This document shows positions 1 to 10,006 of a stretch of 64,000 nucleotides of DNA, piece by piece (position 1 is the first letter of the stretch; the number at the start of each line of letters is the position of its first letter). The translations under genes and the position numbers were made by a program. The stretch is taken from NCBI GenBank assembly GCA_965243205.1, contig CBDEUK010000002.1, positions 896,001-960,000 of the forward strand. The letters run 5' to 3'. The DNA comes from Gammaproteobacteria bacterium. GTDB lineage: Bacteria > Pseudomonadota > Gammaproteobacteria > Eutrophobiales > Eutrophobiaceae. The notes below the pieces were generated by a model. It had not been told where the DNA came from. It was given only the letters and a program-made list of their open reading frames with translations, and made no database searches.

Positions 1-57
1 CATTTCATCTTCAATATTGACTGGCGATACGGAACGCGCGAAATCGTTTTCTTCCAT
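1..57 (-). CDS. gyrA: DNA gyrase subunit A, N-terminal fragment (runs off window start)
   Basis: Reverse strand from ATG at 57 reads MEENDFARSVSPVNIEDEM, matching the GyrA N-terminus (..AREITPVNIEEEL..). Lies downstream of mtnA as in many gammaproteobacteria. Not in the ORF track. Confidence 0.85.
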   Translation of the reverse strand, partial: MEENDFARSVSPVNIEDEM

Positions 58-203
58 TAGGGAGGGCTATCTTCTTATAATTTTATTAGTTGAAATACGA
101 GGTTCATAAAGCAGCGAATTTTAACACAATTTACAGCCCAATAATAAGCTTAAATTCACTTTAAAAACGGTAAGTTAGGGCTAGCTATTAAGACTTGATT
201 TTT

Positions 204-1244
204 TTATGAAAATAACGCTCTAATTTTCGCCACATCAGGCTGCATAACGATGCCTTTTTCAGTCACGATTGCATCGATTAAACTGGCTGGTGTTACATCA
301 AATACAGGATTAAATGCTGCAACGTTTTCAGGCGCAGTTTGTTGTCCAGCGAACTGTAAAACCTCTGCCTGTGGACGTTGTTCTATCACAATATCTTTGC
401 CAGTGTCAGTATTCAGATCAATAGTAGAAAGCGGTGCCGCGACCATGAACTTCACACCATGATGTTTTGCCGAAATCGCCAATTGGTAGGTACCGATTTT
501 ATTTGCTGCATCACCATTGGCAGCAATGCGATCTGAACCCACAACAATCCAATCGACCTCGCCGAGTGATAACAAATGACTTGCAGCGGTATCCGATATT
601 AATGTCACTGGAATATTATCTTGCTGCAATTCCCAGGAAGTTAGGCGTGCGCCTTGTAACCATGGTCGAGTCTCGCCTGCATAAACTTGTTTAAGGTTTT
701 TATTCGCATAAAGACTACGAATCACGCCTAAAGCCGTACCATAACCACCTGTGGCTAACGCCCCAGCATTACAATGCGTCATAACCGTATTAGCAGAACC
801 AATCACTTCAGCACCGTAATCGCCCATCGCCTTATTGGCTGCGATATCATCATTATGAATCTTAATCGCTTCTTGTAATAAACGTGTTTCTGGATCATCA
901 CCCGCTTCAACAAACACATTACGCATTTGTTCAATCGCCCAATGTAAATTTACTGCAGTAGGTCTAGCTTCAGCTAACAACATTAAATCTTCATTGATTA
1001 AGTCACACCAATCTTTGCCTACTTGTTTAACAGCCCTTCGTGCAGCTAATACTATGCCGTACGCGGCTGTAATCCCAATCGCAGGTGCACCACGAACCAC
1101 CATATCCTTTATCGCTTTAGCAATACCTTCAACCGTATCGTAATCAATGTATTCAATTTTATTGGGTAATAAACGTTGATCTAATAAACGACAATGGCTT
1201 CCTGTCCATTCGATAGCTTTTACCTGGGTGTCTAAAGAACTCAT
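204..1244 (-). CDS. mtnA: S-methyl-5-thioribose-1-phosphate isomerase
   Basis: LLDQRLLP, MVVRGAPAIG, RPTAVNL, THCNAGALATGGYGTALG, ETRPWLQGARLT and NPVFDVTP motifs. Confidence 0.96.
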   Translation of the reverse strand: MSSLDTQVKAIEWTGSHCRLLDQRLLPNKIEYIDYDTVEGIAKAIKDMVVRGAPAIGITAAYGIVLAARRAVKQVGKDWCDLINEDLMLLAEARPTAVNLHWAIEQMRNVFVEAGDDPETRLLQEAIKIHNDDIAANKAMGDYGAEVIGSANTVMTHCNAGALATGGYGTALGVIRSLYANKNLKQVYAGETRPWLQGARLTSWELQQDNIPVTLISDTAASHLLSLGEVDWIVVGSDRIAANGDAANKIGTYQLAISAKHHGVKFMVAAPLSTIDLNTDTGKDIVIEQRPQAEVLQFAGQQTAPENVAAFNPVFDVTPASLIDAIVTEKGIVMQPDVAKIRALFS

Positions 1245-1327
1245 TAAATTATTTTCTGCCTGTTATACGTGTTCACTAAATGTGCGTACAATACGAAGTC
1301 TCATAATAAAAGCAAAGTTTAATTCGT

Positions 1328-2638
1328 ATGCAAATCGATACTTTAATCAATGCCCGTTGGGTAATCCCTATTCGACCAGCCCAACAAGTTCTTGAACATC
1401 ACAGTATTGCAATCAAAGACGACATTATTATTGATATCTTACCAATTGACGATGCTGTGCAAAAATACACAGCTAGTGAAAATATTGACCGTTCTAATCA
1501 TGCTGTATTACCTGGTTTTATCAATATTCATACTCATGCCGCAATGAGTTTATTCCGCGGATTAGCCGATGACTTGCCGTTAATGGAATGGTTGAATGAT
1601 CATATCTGGCCAGCCGAAGGCGAATGGGTTGATGAACAATTTGTGCGTGATGGTACTCAACATAGTATTGCCGAAATGATCCGTTGCGGTACGACTTGCT
1701 TTAATGACATGTATTTTTTCCCTGATCAAACCGCCGAGATTGCAATTGAAGCCGGTATACGCACATCCGTTGGTTTAATATTGATTGATTTCCCAACCGC
1801 TTGGGCGAGTGATGCACAAAACTATATTGAAAAAGGGCTAGAGGTTCACGATAAGTTTAAACACAATCCTTTAGTGACCACTACCTTTGCCCCTCATGCA
1901 CCTTACACCGTTTCAGATGAACCCTTACAACATATAAACACCTTAGCCGAAGAATTGGATATCCCAATTCACATGCACATACATGAAACAGCATTTGAAG
2001 TCAGCGAAAGCACTAAACAGTTTGGCCATAGCCCGATTAAACGACTTGAATCGTTAGGCTTGTTAAGTCAACGAATGATCGCTGTTCATATGACGCAATT
2101 AGAACCCAATGAAATAGAACTCATTGAAAAATACAATGTAAGTGTTGCACATTGTCCTGAATCAAATTTAAAACTCGCCAGCGGTTTTTGCCCAGTACAA
2201 CAATTACATCAATCGAATATCAATGTAGCATTGGGTACAGATGGTTCAGCCAGTAATAATGATCTGGATATGTTAGGCGAAATGAAAACGGCTGCATTAT
2301 TGGCCAAAGCTGTCGCTAATGATAGTACTGCTATTTCAGCTTTTACTGCATTAGAGATGGCAACTATCAATGGTGCAAGAGCATTAGCATTAGACAATAA
2401 ACTGGGTAGTTTAGAAAAAAATAAACAAGCCGACATGATTGCTATCGATTTAGATACTATAGAATCACAACCTTTGTATGATCCGATATCACAGATTGTC
2501 TATTCATCTACTCGAGATCAAATAACGGATGTTTGGGTCGCAGGAAAACCTCTGATGGAAAACCGTCAATTAACCACAGTCGATTCAGTTCAAACAATGG
2601 AAACCGTGAAACAGTGGCGTAAAAAAATTTCAAACTAA
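1328..2638 (+). CDS. mtaD: TRZ/ATZ-family amidohydrolase, probable 5'-methylthioadenosine/SAH deaminase
   Basis: PGFINIHTH, APHAPYT, HMHIHET, HCPESNLKLASG and GTDGSASNN motifs; divergent from mtnA. Confidence 0.85.
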   Translation: MQIDTLINARWVIPIRPAQQVLEHHSIAIKDDIIIDILPIDDAVQKYTASENIDRSNHAVLPGFINIHTHAAMSLFRGLADDLPLMEWLNDHIWPAEGEWVDEQFVRDGTQHSIAEMIRCGTTCFNDMYFFPDQTAEIAIEAGIRTSVGLILIDFPTAWASDAQNYIEKGLEVHDKFKHNPLVTTTFAPHAPYTVSDEPLQHINTLAEELDIPIHMHIHETAFEVSESTKQFGHSPIKRLESLGLLSQRMIAVHMTQLEPNEIELIEKYNVSVAHCPESNLKLASGFCPVQQLHQSNINVALGTDGSASNNDLDMLGEMKTAALLAKAVANDSTAISAFTALEMATINGARALALDNKLGSLEKNKQADMIAIDLDTIESQPLYDPISQIVYSSTRDQITDVWVAGKPLMENRQLTTVDSVQTMETVKQWRKKISN

Positions 2639-2643
2639 AAAAA

Positions 2644-3390
2644 CTAAACATTTACGCCTATAACTAAATCTGCCTGGTAACCATGCTTCGTCATTTTAAT
2701 GTTTAATATCGTATTGTCTGCAGAAGTTTGTTGCCAAATAACATCATCTTGAATGGATTTAGGGCGTGTATAGGATTTTTCTTCACCATTAACAACAATT
2801 GTTTTCTTTTGTAATTGACTATAAGGCTTATATGTATTGATACGCTCAATCACTTCATCTGGGAAATAACATTCTGTTGTTAATAATGTTTTCTTCTCAA
2901 GATGTATATTTAAGTTTATATGAGGTATTCGTGGAACAAGGGCTCCATTGATTGTTTCTAAAGACCATCCAGGTATTTCAGTTATAAACTGCACTTTGCC
3001 AAATGGTGTTGTGTTTTGTATACCACGAAATTGATTAGCTCCATCAGTAACTAAGCCCGTTACTTCATCTACATCAGAATAATATCCAGATGGATCAGCT
3101 TGCCATACTTCAACTGTTGCATATGCAACTGGGTAACATTTTTTGTTTAGATCAACCACTTTGAGATTTAAATGTAAAAACGTGCCATCATGTAGATCTC
3201 GAATGTCGTTACGCATTGGAATATTAGACCGATAATTACTCCCCAGATCTCCAGATGGCATAGGCGAACAATATGCTTTTTTACGTGTTAGGAAATTTTT
3301 CTCATCGTCACTCGCATTATCTTCCATACAAGAAAAAACACTTGCAACTGACGATAACATTCCTAATTTAATAAATTGTCGACGTTTCAT
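2644..3390 (-). CDS. Intradiol ring-cleavage dioxygenase-like protein, predicted Tat-exported lipoprotein, with degenerate Fe ligands
   Basis: MKRRQFIK...VFSC N-terminus; VEVWQADPSGYYS, RGIQNT, PGWS and RIPHIN motifs. Confidence 0.7.
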   Translation of the reverse strand: MKRRQFIKLGMLSSVASVFSCMEDNASDDEKNFLTRKKAYCSPMPSGDLGSNYRSNIPMRNDIRDLHDGTFLHLNLKVVDLNKKCYPVAYATVEVWQADPSGYYSDVDEVTGLVTDGANQFRGIQNTTPFGKVQFITEIPGWSLETINGALVPRIPHINLNIHLEKKTLLTTECYFPDEVIERINTYKPYSQLQKKTIVVNGEEKSYTRPKSIQDDVIWQQTSADNTILNIKMTKHGYQADLVIGVNV

Positions 3391-3429
3391 GATGTGAACA
3401 ACAGCAACAATGGGGCCAACATTTATATA

Positions 3430-3459
3430 AAAAACGGCGACTCAAAGGCCGCCGTTTTT
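3430..3459 (-). terminator. Rho-independent terminator downstream of katG
   Basis: AAAAACGGCG-N10-CGCCGTTTTT hairpin with T-tract on both strands. Confidence 0.75.
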
Positions 3460-3478
3460 CTGTTAAAAAATAATGAAA

Positions 3479-5731
3479 TTAGATATCGAAACGATCTGCA
3501 TTCATCACTTTAGTCCACGCCGCAACGAAATCATCAATGAATTTTTGATTACCATCGTCAGCACCATAAACTTCCGCTAGTGCACGAAGTTCACTGTTAG
3601 AACCGAAAATCAAATCAACTGTGGTTGCAGTCCATTTAACTTTTCCAGTTTTGCGATCACGACCTTCGTAAATACCTTCTTGTTTTGATTTAGACCATTC
3701 AGTAGACATGTCTAATAAATTAACGAAGAAGTCATTACTTAGCGTTCCAGGATTGGTGGTTAAGACACCATTCTTTGAACCCTTGTAGTTAGCACCTAGC
3801 ACTCGCATACCACCGACTAATGCTGTCATTTCTGGAGCAGTTAGGGTTAACAAGTCCGCTTTCTCAACTAGCATCTCAGCTGGATTACCATAACTAGGTG
3901 AGTAATAGTTACGAAACGCATCTGCTGTTGGTGTTAGATAACCGAACGATTGAACATCAGTCATCTCTTGAGTAGCATCGGTGCGACCTGGGGTAAATGG
4001 AATATCAAGAGAAACACCTGCTTTTTTAGCTGCTGCTTCTACTCCTGCATTACCACCTATAACAATCACGTCAGCCAGCGATACTTTTTTGCCATCTGCA
4101 AGTGATTTATTAAAGTCTGCTTGTACCTGTTTCAAGGTTTCAAGTACTTTAGCAAGCTCTGCAGGATTATTTACTTCCCAATCTTTTTGTGGAGCAAGCG
4201 CTATACGTGCACCGTTAGCACCACCACGCATATCTGAGCCGCGGAAAGAAGAAGCTGATGCCCAAGCAGTTCGAACTAATTCTGAATGACTTAAGCCAGA
4301 ATCAAGAATCATGTCTTCTAGTTTTTCTGCGTCAGAATGAGTAATTAAGGCATGTTCAACTGCAGGAACTGGATCCTGCCAGATTAAAATTTCTTCTGGT
4401 ACTTCCGAGCCCACATAACGCGAACGTGGTCCTAAATCACGATGAGTCAATTTAAACCAAGCTTTAGCAAATGCTTGATCAAACTCTTTTGGATTGTTTA
4501 AGAAACGCTCAGTAATTTTGCGAAAACCTGGATCTTTCTTAAGAGCCATATCAGTCGTAAACATGATAGGTGCATGACCTTTACCTTTGATGTGAGCATC
4601 AGGCACTATCTTGGCTGCTGCAGGATCAGTTGGAATCCACTGAGTAGCCCCAGCTGGGCTTTTGGTTTGTTTCCATTCAAAGTTCATAAGATTAGCAAGG
4701 TATAAGATTGACCATGCTGTTGGTGTTTGAGTCCAAGCACCTTCAAGTCCACTGGTTAATGTATCTTCTGCATTGCCTTTACCACATTTATTTTTCCAAC
4801 CAAAACCTTGTTCTTCAATCGCAGCTGCAGCAGGTGCTTCTCCAGCACACTCACCTTTATGAGCACCATGTGCTTTACCTAAAGTATGACCACCAGCTAC
4901 TAGAGCAACGATCTCTTCATCGTTCATTGCCATCCGACCAAAAGACAAACGCATGTCTTTTGCAGCATCTAAAGGGTTATGATTGCCACCAGGGCCTTCT
5001 GGGTTCACATAGATTAGACCCATTTGAACAGCAGCCAGTGGCTTTTCTAATTCACCACCTTCATAACGTTCTTTATTGTCTAACCATTTTTTCTCATTAC
5101 CCCAGTAAACAATGTCTGATTCCCAATCATCGGCACGACCACCTGAAAAACCAAAGGTCTCGAAACCCATTGATTCCAAAGCAACGTTACCTGCAAGGAT
5201 AATTAAGTCACCCCAAGATACATTACGACCATATTTTTGTTTAACAGGCCATAAGATGCGTCGGGCTTTATCGAGGTTAGCATTATCAGGCCAGCTATTT
5301 TGTGGTTCAAAACGGATTTGACCGCCATCAGAACCGCCTCGACCATCGGTTACACGGTAAGTACCAGCGCTATGCCAAGCAGCACGAATCATAAGACCGC
5401 CATAATGGCCCCAGTCTGCTGGCCACCAATCTTGAGATGTTTTCAAAGTTTTTTCGATATCATCTTTTAATGCTTTCATATCCACACTGGCAAAAGCTTT
5501 GGCGTAATCAAAGTCATCACCATAGGGATTTGAAGCGGGATCGTGAGCACGAAGTTGTTCAAGATTGAGTTTTTCAGGCCACCAAAATTCGTTGTCTGTG
5601 CCTTGTGTAGCAGCAAAACTGGACGGTGACATCATTAGACTAAAAAGCAATACCAAAGCACTGCTTGTAAATATACTCATTGACGCCACCAGGGCAGCAC
5701 CAAAGAGTGAAGGTGTATTTTTCTTAAACAT
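3479..5731 (-). CDS. katG: Catalase-peroxidase with N-terminal signal peptide (exported)
   Basis: [41 protein letters not shown] and AWFKLTHRD motifs; hydrophobic leader ending in SFA-A. Confidence 0.96.
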   Translation of the reverse strand: MFKKNTPSLFGAALVASMSIFTSSALVLLFSLMMSPSSFAATQGTDNEFWWPEKLNLEQLRAHDPASNPYGDDFDYAKAFASVDMKALKDDIEKTLKTSQDWWPADWGHYGGLMIRAAWHSAGTYRVTDGRGGSDGGQIRFEPQNSWPDNANLDKARRILWPVKQKYGRNVSWGDLIILAGNVALESMGFETFGFSGGRADDWESDIVYWGNEKKWLDNKERYEGGELEKPLAAVQMGLIYVNPEGPGGNHNPLDAAKDMRLSFGRMAMNDEEIVALVAGGHTLGKAHGAHKGECAGEAPAAAAIEEQGFGWKNKCGKGNAEDTLTSGLEGAWTQTPTAWSILYLANLMNFEWKQTKSPAGATQWIPTDPAAAKIVPDAHIKGKGHAPIMFTTDMALKKDPGFRKITERFLNNPKEFDQAFAKAWFKLTHRDLGPRSRYVGSEVPEEILIWQDPVPAVEHALITHSDAEKLEDMILDSGLSHSELVRTAWASASSFRGSDMRGGANGARIALAPQKDWEVNNPAELAKVLETLKQVQADFNKSLADGKKVSLADVIVIGGNAGVEAAAKKAGVSLDIPFTPGRTDATQEMTDVQSFGYLTPTADAFRNYYSPSYGNPAEMLVEKADLLTLTAPEMTALVGGMRVLGANYKGSKNGVLTTNPGTLSNDFFVNLLDMSTEWSKSKQEGIYEGRDRKTGKVKWTATTVDLIFGSNSELRALAEVYGADDGNQKFIDDFVAAWTKVMNADRFDI

Positions 5732-5870
5732 CAGGTTTCTCCTCTATCTGTTAAGAGCATTTCAGTTAAAATAATCAGTCCTTTATTGGTTGATTGATAA
5801 AAAGCAGCAAACATCAATCATCGATAATTCCTATTAAAGTAATAATAATAATCGTCTGTTTATTAATAAA

Positions 5871-5907
5871 ATCGTTTGTTACTATTCAATCAATAGGTTT
5901 TACCGAA
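5871..5907. promoter_or_regulatory. Putative OxyR binding site in the katG/oxyR divergent region
   Basis: ATCG-N7-CTAT-N7-ATAG-N7-CGAA versus the OxyR consensus ATAG-N7-CTAT-N7-ATAG-N7-CTAT. Confidence 0.6.
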
Positions 5908-5926
5908 ACAGTAGGAAGAGAAAACA

Positions 5927-6796
5927 ATGAACATTCGCGATCTAAAATATTTCCTTGCAGTGGCTGAATTAGAGCATTTTGGCCAAGCTGCTGAACAATG
6001 CTTTGTGAGCCAACCCACTTTGAGCGGCCAAATAAAAAAGCTTGAAGAAGAACTTGATGTGAAGTTACTTGAGAGAACTAATCGTCGTGTGTTGCTTACA
6101 GAAACGGGCGTTCAAATAGCTAAATCTGCTCGGCGCATACTTAGAGAAGTCGATACCATTCAAGAAATCGCCGAGAGTTCGAACGACCCTTTGTCAGGAA
6201 AATTTCGCTTAGGCGCTTTTCCAACGTTAGCGACTTATATTTTTCCTGAACTCGTTACACGCATTAGAGATGTTCTTCCTAATATTAGACCCATCTTAGT
6301 CGAAGAAAAAACTGCGACATTATTAGACAAATTAAAAAATGGAGATATCGATGCAGCATTGCTTGCATTACCTATTTATGATGATTTCTTAGTCAGTCAA
6401 ACATTATTTGATGATGAGTTTTTTCTTGCTGTGCCATGTGATCATGAATTAACCGAACACAAAAGCATTGATCAAAAAATGTTATCACGGCATAAATTAT
6501 TGCTACTTGAAGAAGGGCATTGTTTACGTGACCAAGCGTTAGAAGTTTGTCAATTACATGGTATTAGTGAAGAACAGGATTTTAAAGCAACAGGTATGGA
6601 AACATTACGCCAAATGGTAAAAGCCAGCACTGGAATTACCTTCATACCTAAAATTGCTGTACACGAAGATGAACCAGGAATTAAATACATACCATTTAAA
6701 TCACCAGCGCCTTCACGAACGATCGGTTTGGTATGGCGTAAAACAACGGCCAGAGAAGTGGTTATGAATAAATTAGTAGAAATATTGGCTCACTAA
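5927..6796 (+). CDS. oxyR: Hydrogen peroxide-sensing LysR regulator OxyR
   Basis: MNIRDLKY..HFGQAAEQCFVSQPTLSGQI N-terminus; redox motif LEEGHCLRDQALEVC with both cysteines. Confidence 0.9.
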   Translation: MNIRDLKYFLAVAELEHFGQAAEQCFVSQPTLSGQIKKLEEELDVKLLERTNRRVLLTETGVQIAKSARRILREVDTIQEIAESSNDPLSGKFRLGAFPTLATYIFPELVTRIRDVLPNIRPILVEEKTATLLDKLKNGDIDAALLALPIYDDFLVSQTLFDDEFFLAVPCDHELTEHKSIDQKMLSRHKLLLLEEGHCLRDQALEVCQLHGISEEQDFKATGMETLRQMVKASTGITFIPKIAVHEDEPGIKYIPFKSPAPSRTIGLVWRKTTAREVVMNKLVEILAH

Positions 6797-6822
6797 AAAT
6801 TTTCATACGTTTTTCTTAATAG

Positions 6823-7434
6823 ATGAATAAACAAAGTCTAGTTCAACAAAAACCAACTGCACCTGCATGTGAACGTAATCGTGCTCCAATTCTTTCTGTG
6901 TTAACTAAAACTTTTTCAACTGACTCTGACGTATTAGAAATTGGTTCTGGTACAGGTGAACATGGTGTTTACTTTGCAGAACATATGCCTTGGTTACAAT
7001 GGCAATGTAGTGATTTATCCGAAAACCTGAATGGTATTAATCTTTGGATAGAGGAAGCATTTCTACCTAATTTAAAAACGGCTATTGAATTAGACGTTGC
7101 TAAGCCAAAACTAAATAAAAAATATAATGCATTTTTCACAGCTAATACTTTACATATAATGTCAAAAAAACATGTCGAAGATTTTTTTGATTTAATTTCA
7201 GATTTCAGCCATAACCAAACTGATATTATTATTTATGGGCCATTTAATTATGATGGTAATTTCACTTCTGAAAGTAATGCAAAATTTGAATTATGGCTTA
7301 AAGATAGAGACCCATTAAGCGGAATCAGAGATTTTGAATGGATTGAGAGTTTAGCTAAAAATATTAATTTCAAATTAATTGCTGACCATAAAATGCCTGC
7401 AAACAACCGTTGTTTATATTTTAGAAAAAACTAA
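6823..7434 (+). CDS. DUF938-family SAM-dependent methyltransferase
   Basis: APACERNRAPI, VLEIGSGTGEH, YGPF, GIRD and MPANN motifs. Confidence 0.88.
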   Translation: MNKQSLVQQKPTAPACERNRAPILSVLTKTFSTDSDVLEIGSGTGEHGVYFAEHMPWLQWQCSDLSENLNGINLWIEEAFLPNLKTAIELDVAKPKLNKKYNAFFTANTLHIMSKKHVEDFFDLISDFSHNQTDIIIYGPFNYDGNFTSESNAKFELWLKDRDPLSGIRDFEWIESLAKNINFKLIADHKMPANNRCLYFRKN

Positions 7435-7439
7435 CTTTT

Positions 7440-7940
7440 TTATTTCTTAAGTGCAGTCTTAATTGTTAAATCAACGTTTTGTTTAACAAGTATTTCACTA
7501 ACACCACTTGGTTTTCTATAGATAACATTTTTGTTTTTATCAATAACAAAAAGCGCAGGATTTTTAATAATGCCATATTCTTTTGCAATTTCATCACCAT
7601 CTAAAATCTGTGTATAGCTATATTTTTGTTCTTTAAAAAATTTCACAGAATCAATATTTTCATCTTCAAGTGCACTAATGGCATAAAACCTAACACCTTT
7701 GTTTCGATATTTACGGTACACAACCTCTAAGTACGGCATTAAATTTGTGCAATAACGACATGAAGCTGACCAAAAAAGTATCACCGATACTTTACCTTCG
7801 GTTTTTTCATAATAATGAATGGATTCTTCTTTATTATTATTTGCAGTCCAATCAGGAGCAGTAGCGCCAACAGCTAGAGGTGCAGCGTGAATTGAGAAAG
7901 AAAGAAATAATGATATAAACCCCAGGAATATTTTGTTCAT
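7440..7940 (-). CDS. TlpA-like exported thioredoxin-fold protein
   Basis: Signal peptide; GATAPDW and FWSASCRYC (CxxC) motifs. Confidence 0.8.
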   Translation of the reverse strand: MNKIFLGFISLFLSFSIHAAPLAVGATAPDWTANNNKEESIHYYEKTEGKVSVILFWSASCRYCTNLMPYLEVVYRKYRNKGVRFYAISALEDENIDSVKFFKEQKYSYTQILDGDEIAKEYGIIKNPALFVIDKNKNVIYRKPSGVSEILVKQNVDLTIKTALKK

Positions 7941-8088
7941 TTAAATGGCCTTTTGAATAATAAAATAACAATACCATCGTTTAACAAGGTTGTCTTGTTC
8001 TGTACATACAACGGTAATAGTTTATGATTAGCATGCTTTATTAGTTTCCGATTAGATTCATTGTCAATCAAACCTGAGGACATAAGCT

Positions 8089-8355
8089 ATGCATAACGAA
8101 ACTATTTCCATCACCAATACTGACAGTGGTAAAACCATGGATGTTGTTGTCTTGAACAAAAAACCTGAACAAATCACCATTGTTATCGGTGAAGGTATCC
8201 ATAATGTCCAATGCGAATTAACGCCAGTTAAAAATGGTCAAGCCTATGTTGGTTCTGTGATGGGCAGAGAAATGGTTTATCACAAAAGTCGTGAAGAAGT
8301 TCAAGCTGAGCTTGCTCATAATAATCCTGCACTCAAAAAATCCAGGAAATTTTAG
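8089..8355 (+). CDS. Small conserved-looking hypothetical protein
   Basis: 88-aa ORF with strong RBS (GAGGA); contains AYVGSVMGRE. Confidence 0.7.
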   Translation: MHNETISITNTDSGKTMDVVVLNKKPEQITIVIGEGIHNVQCELTPVKNGQAYVGSVMGREMVYHKSREEVQAELAHNNPALKKSRKF

Positions 8356-8367
8356 TAAAACTAAGGT

Positions 8368-9702
8368 TTATTTCCCTTCTGCATTTCGTTTAGTTTTTGC
8401 TGAGGATCGTTTTGGCTTTCTTGATCTTCTCGGTTTATCAGAAGAGTTTCTGTTTCCTTCTTGATTCCGTCCTCGTGAACTACGGTTTCTTCTTGATGAT
8501 TTATTATTAGACTTTCCTCGTCCTTTACTGCCTTTATTATTAGATTTCTTTTCGACTTCAGGCACAGCATGAACTGGTTCGAAACCTTCAATTTCTTCGC
8601 GTTGGATCTTTTGCTTAATTAATTTTTCAATCGTAAACAAATGATTCACTTCATCTGCACTCACAAATGATATTGCTTCACCACTTGCACCAGCTCTACC
8701 GGTTCTACCGATACGATGCACATAATCTTCAGCCACTTGTGGTAAATCGAAATTAATAACATGTGAAAGATTATTAACATCAATACCACGTGCCGCCACA
8801 TCGGTTGCTACTAAAACTCGAGTTTTATTTTGTTTGAATTCTTTTAGGACTCGAGTACGTTGTGCTTGACTCTTATCACCATGAATCGCAGCTGCTTTAA
8901 TATTTTCGTTCTTAAGTTTTTTAACTAATTTATCCGCGTTATGTTTAGTACGAATGAATACTAAAATTTGAAACCAATTTTCTTGCTCAAGCAAATGCTT
9001 TAGCAGTGCAGCTTTACGCGACTTATCAACAGGATGAATTAATTGGTTAATTTTATCGACTGTAGAATTTTTAGGTGCAACATTGATCTCTACGGGTTTA
9101 TGCATAATCCCTTTTGCTAGATCACGAATGGCTTTAGAAAAGGTAGCAGAGAACATCAGGGTTTGATGTTCACTATGAATCGCACTCAATACATTTTTTA
9201 TATCTGGCAAGAATCCCATGTCTAGCATGCGATCCGCTTCATCCAATACTAAAATTTCAATTTCATCTAAACGCACAGCTTTTTGGCGATGTAAATCTAA
9301 TAAACGTCCAGGTGTTGCAACCAATATATCCACGCCCTGTTTCAATTGTTTAATTTGTTTAAACATACTGACTCCGCCATACACGACAGCAGTACGAAGA
9401 TTTAAATATTTATTGTATTTATTCACACTTTCTTGAACTTGCATAGCAAGCTCACGAGTAGGGGTTAATACAAGAGAACGAGCGTATTTAGGTTTGAGTG
9501 AACGTTGAGCACTTAAAATTTCAAGTAACGGTAGAGTAAAGCCAGCCGTTTTACCGGTACCTGTTTGTGCAGCCGCCATCATATCGTTACCGTCTAAAAT
9601 TTCTGGAATCGCCTTAGCTTGGATCGGAGTTGGATTGTTATAACCGGATTTTTTCACCGCGCGCAAAATTTCTTCGGATAAACCGAGAGCATCAAAAGAC
9701 AT
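8368..9702 (-). CDS. rhlE: DEAD-box ATP-dependent RNA helicase, RhlE-like
   Basis: AQTGTGKT, PTRELA, DEAD, SAT and HRIGRTGRAG motifs; basic C-terminal tail. Confidence 0.9.
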   Translation of the reverse strand: MSFDALGLSEEILRAVKKSGYNNPTPIQAKAIPEILDGNDMMAAAQTGTGKTAGFTLPLLEILSAQRSLKPKYARSLVLTPTRELAMQVQESVNKYNKYLNLRTAVVYGGVSMFKQIKQLKQGVDILVATPGRLLDLHRQKAVRLDEIEILVLDEADRMLDMGFLPDIKNVLSAIHSEHQTLMFSATFSKAIRDLAKGIMHKPVEINVAPKNSTVDKINQLIHPVDKSRKAALLKHLLEQENWFQILVFIRTKHNADKLVKKLKNENIKAAAIHGDKSQAQRTRVLKEFKQNKTRVLVATDVAARGIDVNNLSHVINFDLPQVAEDYVHRIGRTGRAGASGEAISFVSADEVNHLFTIEKLIKQKIQREEIEGFEPVHAVPEVEKKSNNKGSKGRGKSNNKSSRRNRSSRGRNQEGNRNSSDKPRRSRKPKRSSAKTKRNAEGK

Positions 9703-10006
9703 AATTGTTTCCTTAAAAATAAAAGTTGCTACAGTTCTTACGCAAGAAACTATAGATAATTATTGGCGAGCACCATGTAATATGGTTTTATAGCTGTGCC
9801 GTAAATGCGGCATGCAGTAGAAGCTCTTAATAGAAATAGATTGGACTCAAAGGAGGCAAACTTACGACTAAGGATGACGCGCTGATCACCCTTCAGGTGG
9901 ATTCAGATGCGCGCACCATACCAGATTATAGAATTAAAGATACTTTTTTCTTCGAATCGCATTATCATATTAGCTATAAGAAAATTCATTTTGGGGGAAG
10001 ATAATA

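Noticed and set aside
3981-5774. Several plus-strand ORFs inside katG, with similar ones inside the second katG, MATE, the Mo enzyme, metY and others
   Set aside because: They are antisense or out-of-frame shadows of well-supported genes. The similarity between the 3981 and 51883 ORFs just mirrors katG paralogy.
8361-8591. 76-aa ORF overlapping the helicase 3' end
   Set aside because: Alternative frame of the low-complexity basic tail, with no independent RBS or motif.
9930-10006. Possible SAM riboswitch upstream of metY
   Set aside because: No recognisable SAM-I, SAM-II or SAM-V consensus; the structured sequence nearby fits the opposite-strand helicase leader better.
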